Assembly (NCBI GenBank): GCA_964016885.1
Contig: OZ024742.1
Span: 96,162,001-96,226,000 of the forward strand
Reading direction: 5' to 3'
DNA length: 64,000 nt
DNA from: Eledone cirrhosa
Taxonomy: Eukaryota
The notes beneath the pieces are model-generated. The model was not told where the DNA came from and did not search any database. It was given only the letters and a program-made list of their open reading frames with translations. The position numbers were made by a program, and so were the translations under genes. This document shows, in pieces, positions 62,688-64,000 of this stretch (the first letter of the stretch is position 1; every line of letters starts with the position of its first letter).

Positions 62688-63188
62688 TGTTGTAGTTGTG
62701 GTATTGTCTGAATGGCAGTAGTGGCATTGTCTGTGTTGCAGTTGGGGTATTATCTGTGTTGTAGTTGTGGTATTGTCTGTGTTGTAGTTGTGGTATGTTC
62801 CATGTTGTAATTGTGGTATTGTCTGTGTTGTAGTTGTGATATGTTCCATGTTGTAGTTGTGATATGTCCCATGTTGTATTTGTGGTTTTGTCTGTGTTGT
62901 AGTTGTGATATGTTCCATGTTGTAATTGTGGTATTGTCTGTGTTGTAGTTGTGATATGTTCCATGTTGTAATTGTGGTATTGTCTGTGTTGTAGTTGTGG
63001 TATGTTCCATGTTGTAATTGTGGTATTGTCTGTGTTGTAGTTGTGATATGTCCCATGTTGTATTTGTGGTTTTGTCTGTGTTGTAGTTGTGATATGTTCC
63101 ATGTTGTAATTGTGGTATTGTCTGTGTTGTAGTTGTGATATGTTCCATGTTGTAGTTGTGGTATTGTCTGTGTTGTAGTTGTGGTATT
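62688..63188. repeat. 23-bp minisatellite with 46-bp and 184-bp higher-order structure
   Basis: Alternating GTAGTTGTGGTATTGTCTGTGTT and GTAGTTGTGATATGTTCCATGTT units. Confidence 0.92.
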
Positions 63189-63869
63189 ACTTGACATTGT
63201 AGTATTGGTTCTATGATGAGAACCTTTTGTTTTAATGTTTAAATCTTCCACTATAATTCTATCGTCATCATCATCATCATCATCGTTTTAACATCCACTT
63301 TCCTTGCTGGCAAGGGTTTGACAGGTCTACATAGACCAAGTCAGTACTGAAGTGAGGGTACTGATCTCCCAGATATCAAGAGATTTGCATCTCACTTAAG
63401 TTTGGTCTCACATTCTACCGAGTGCACAGAAGACGTTGTCATGCCTTTGACACAACTGATGAGTCCTTCCGACTCTTTGTTTGGTAAGCTTTCTATGGTC
63501 AATGATAATGGTTATTTTAATAAATACCTCTAAATATTTGGTTATTTTGAAAATTAATGGAAAATGAGACAGTATATATCATTAGAAATGTGGTAACAAA
63601 ATGGTTAATGTAGAAATCTTCAGGCATAGCAGAGTTTAAATGGGTTTATGTATAATTGACATAAAACAGCATAAAATAACATACATATTGCCATTGGATT
63701 ATTTTTTATCTCTATAGATTTATGATGGAAAGATGTTAGATAATTATAATCACTTTAAACCAGTTTTGTATGATAGAAGCAAGAGCAGCTTCTGGCAGTA
63801 TTAAAACAAATTAGTTTAAGCTTTTTTTTTTATACAGAAAATGTGAAATAATTCCTCTGCCTAAATAAT

Positions 63870-64000
63870 ACAATATATGTTAAATTATACATTATATCTG
63901 AACAGATAAGCAAACTGAGTGAAAAACTTGGCATGAAAGGAATTGGTTGAAGTGTGCAACAGAGAAGACTGCATTAGTATGGCCAAGTGATGTGCATGGT
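63870..64000 (+). mobile_element. Degenerate RTE 3' fragment running off the window
   Basis: LSEKLGMKGI...VQQRRLH*YGQVMCM matches the RTE VQERRLRWYGHVMRM. Confidence 0.6.

Noticed and set aside
62688-63188. CRISPR-like regular repeats or a mucin-like gene
   Set aside because: Contiguous tandem units with no unique spacers, no cas genes and a eukaryotic context; a 23-bp unit does not preserve frame.
63457-63480. CTGATGA-GTC...GAC hairpin
   Set aside because: Not followed by GAAA.

Overview
AT-rich, repeat-dominated animal genomic DNA. The (TA)n/(CA)n/(CAT)n microsatellites, (CAT)n-tailed RTE LINEs and CORE-type SINEs suggest a coleoid cephalopod such as Octopus (inference). No host gene can be supported, and most ORFs in the track are microsatellite or antisense artefacts. 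Recognisable content: a decayed Gypsy pol; RTE LINE fragments; two tRNA-derived SINE families; a Chapaev3-like DNA transposon with a nested Tigger; a probable Helitron 3' end; a near full-length Tx1/L1-clade LINE in an (AAT)n tract; and several Penelope-like element (PLE) derivatives. The main result is nine type I hammerhead ribozyme (HHR) motifs from six sequence families, found by manual folding. At three independent loci (11.3-12.4, 30.5-39.3 and 56.0-56.6 kb) HHR-bearing elements share one layout: head-to-head inverted copies with 3' ends pointing outward into (TA)n tracts. One locus is an 8.7-kb fold-back PLE with an uninterrupted but 5'-truncated RT/GIY-YIG ORF and an HHR with a 115-nt stem II. 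The other two are non-coding retrozyme-like units of about 526 and 432 bp. Coordinates were read by eye and may be off by a few bases.
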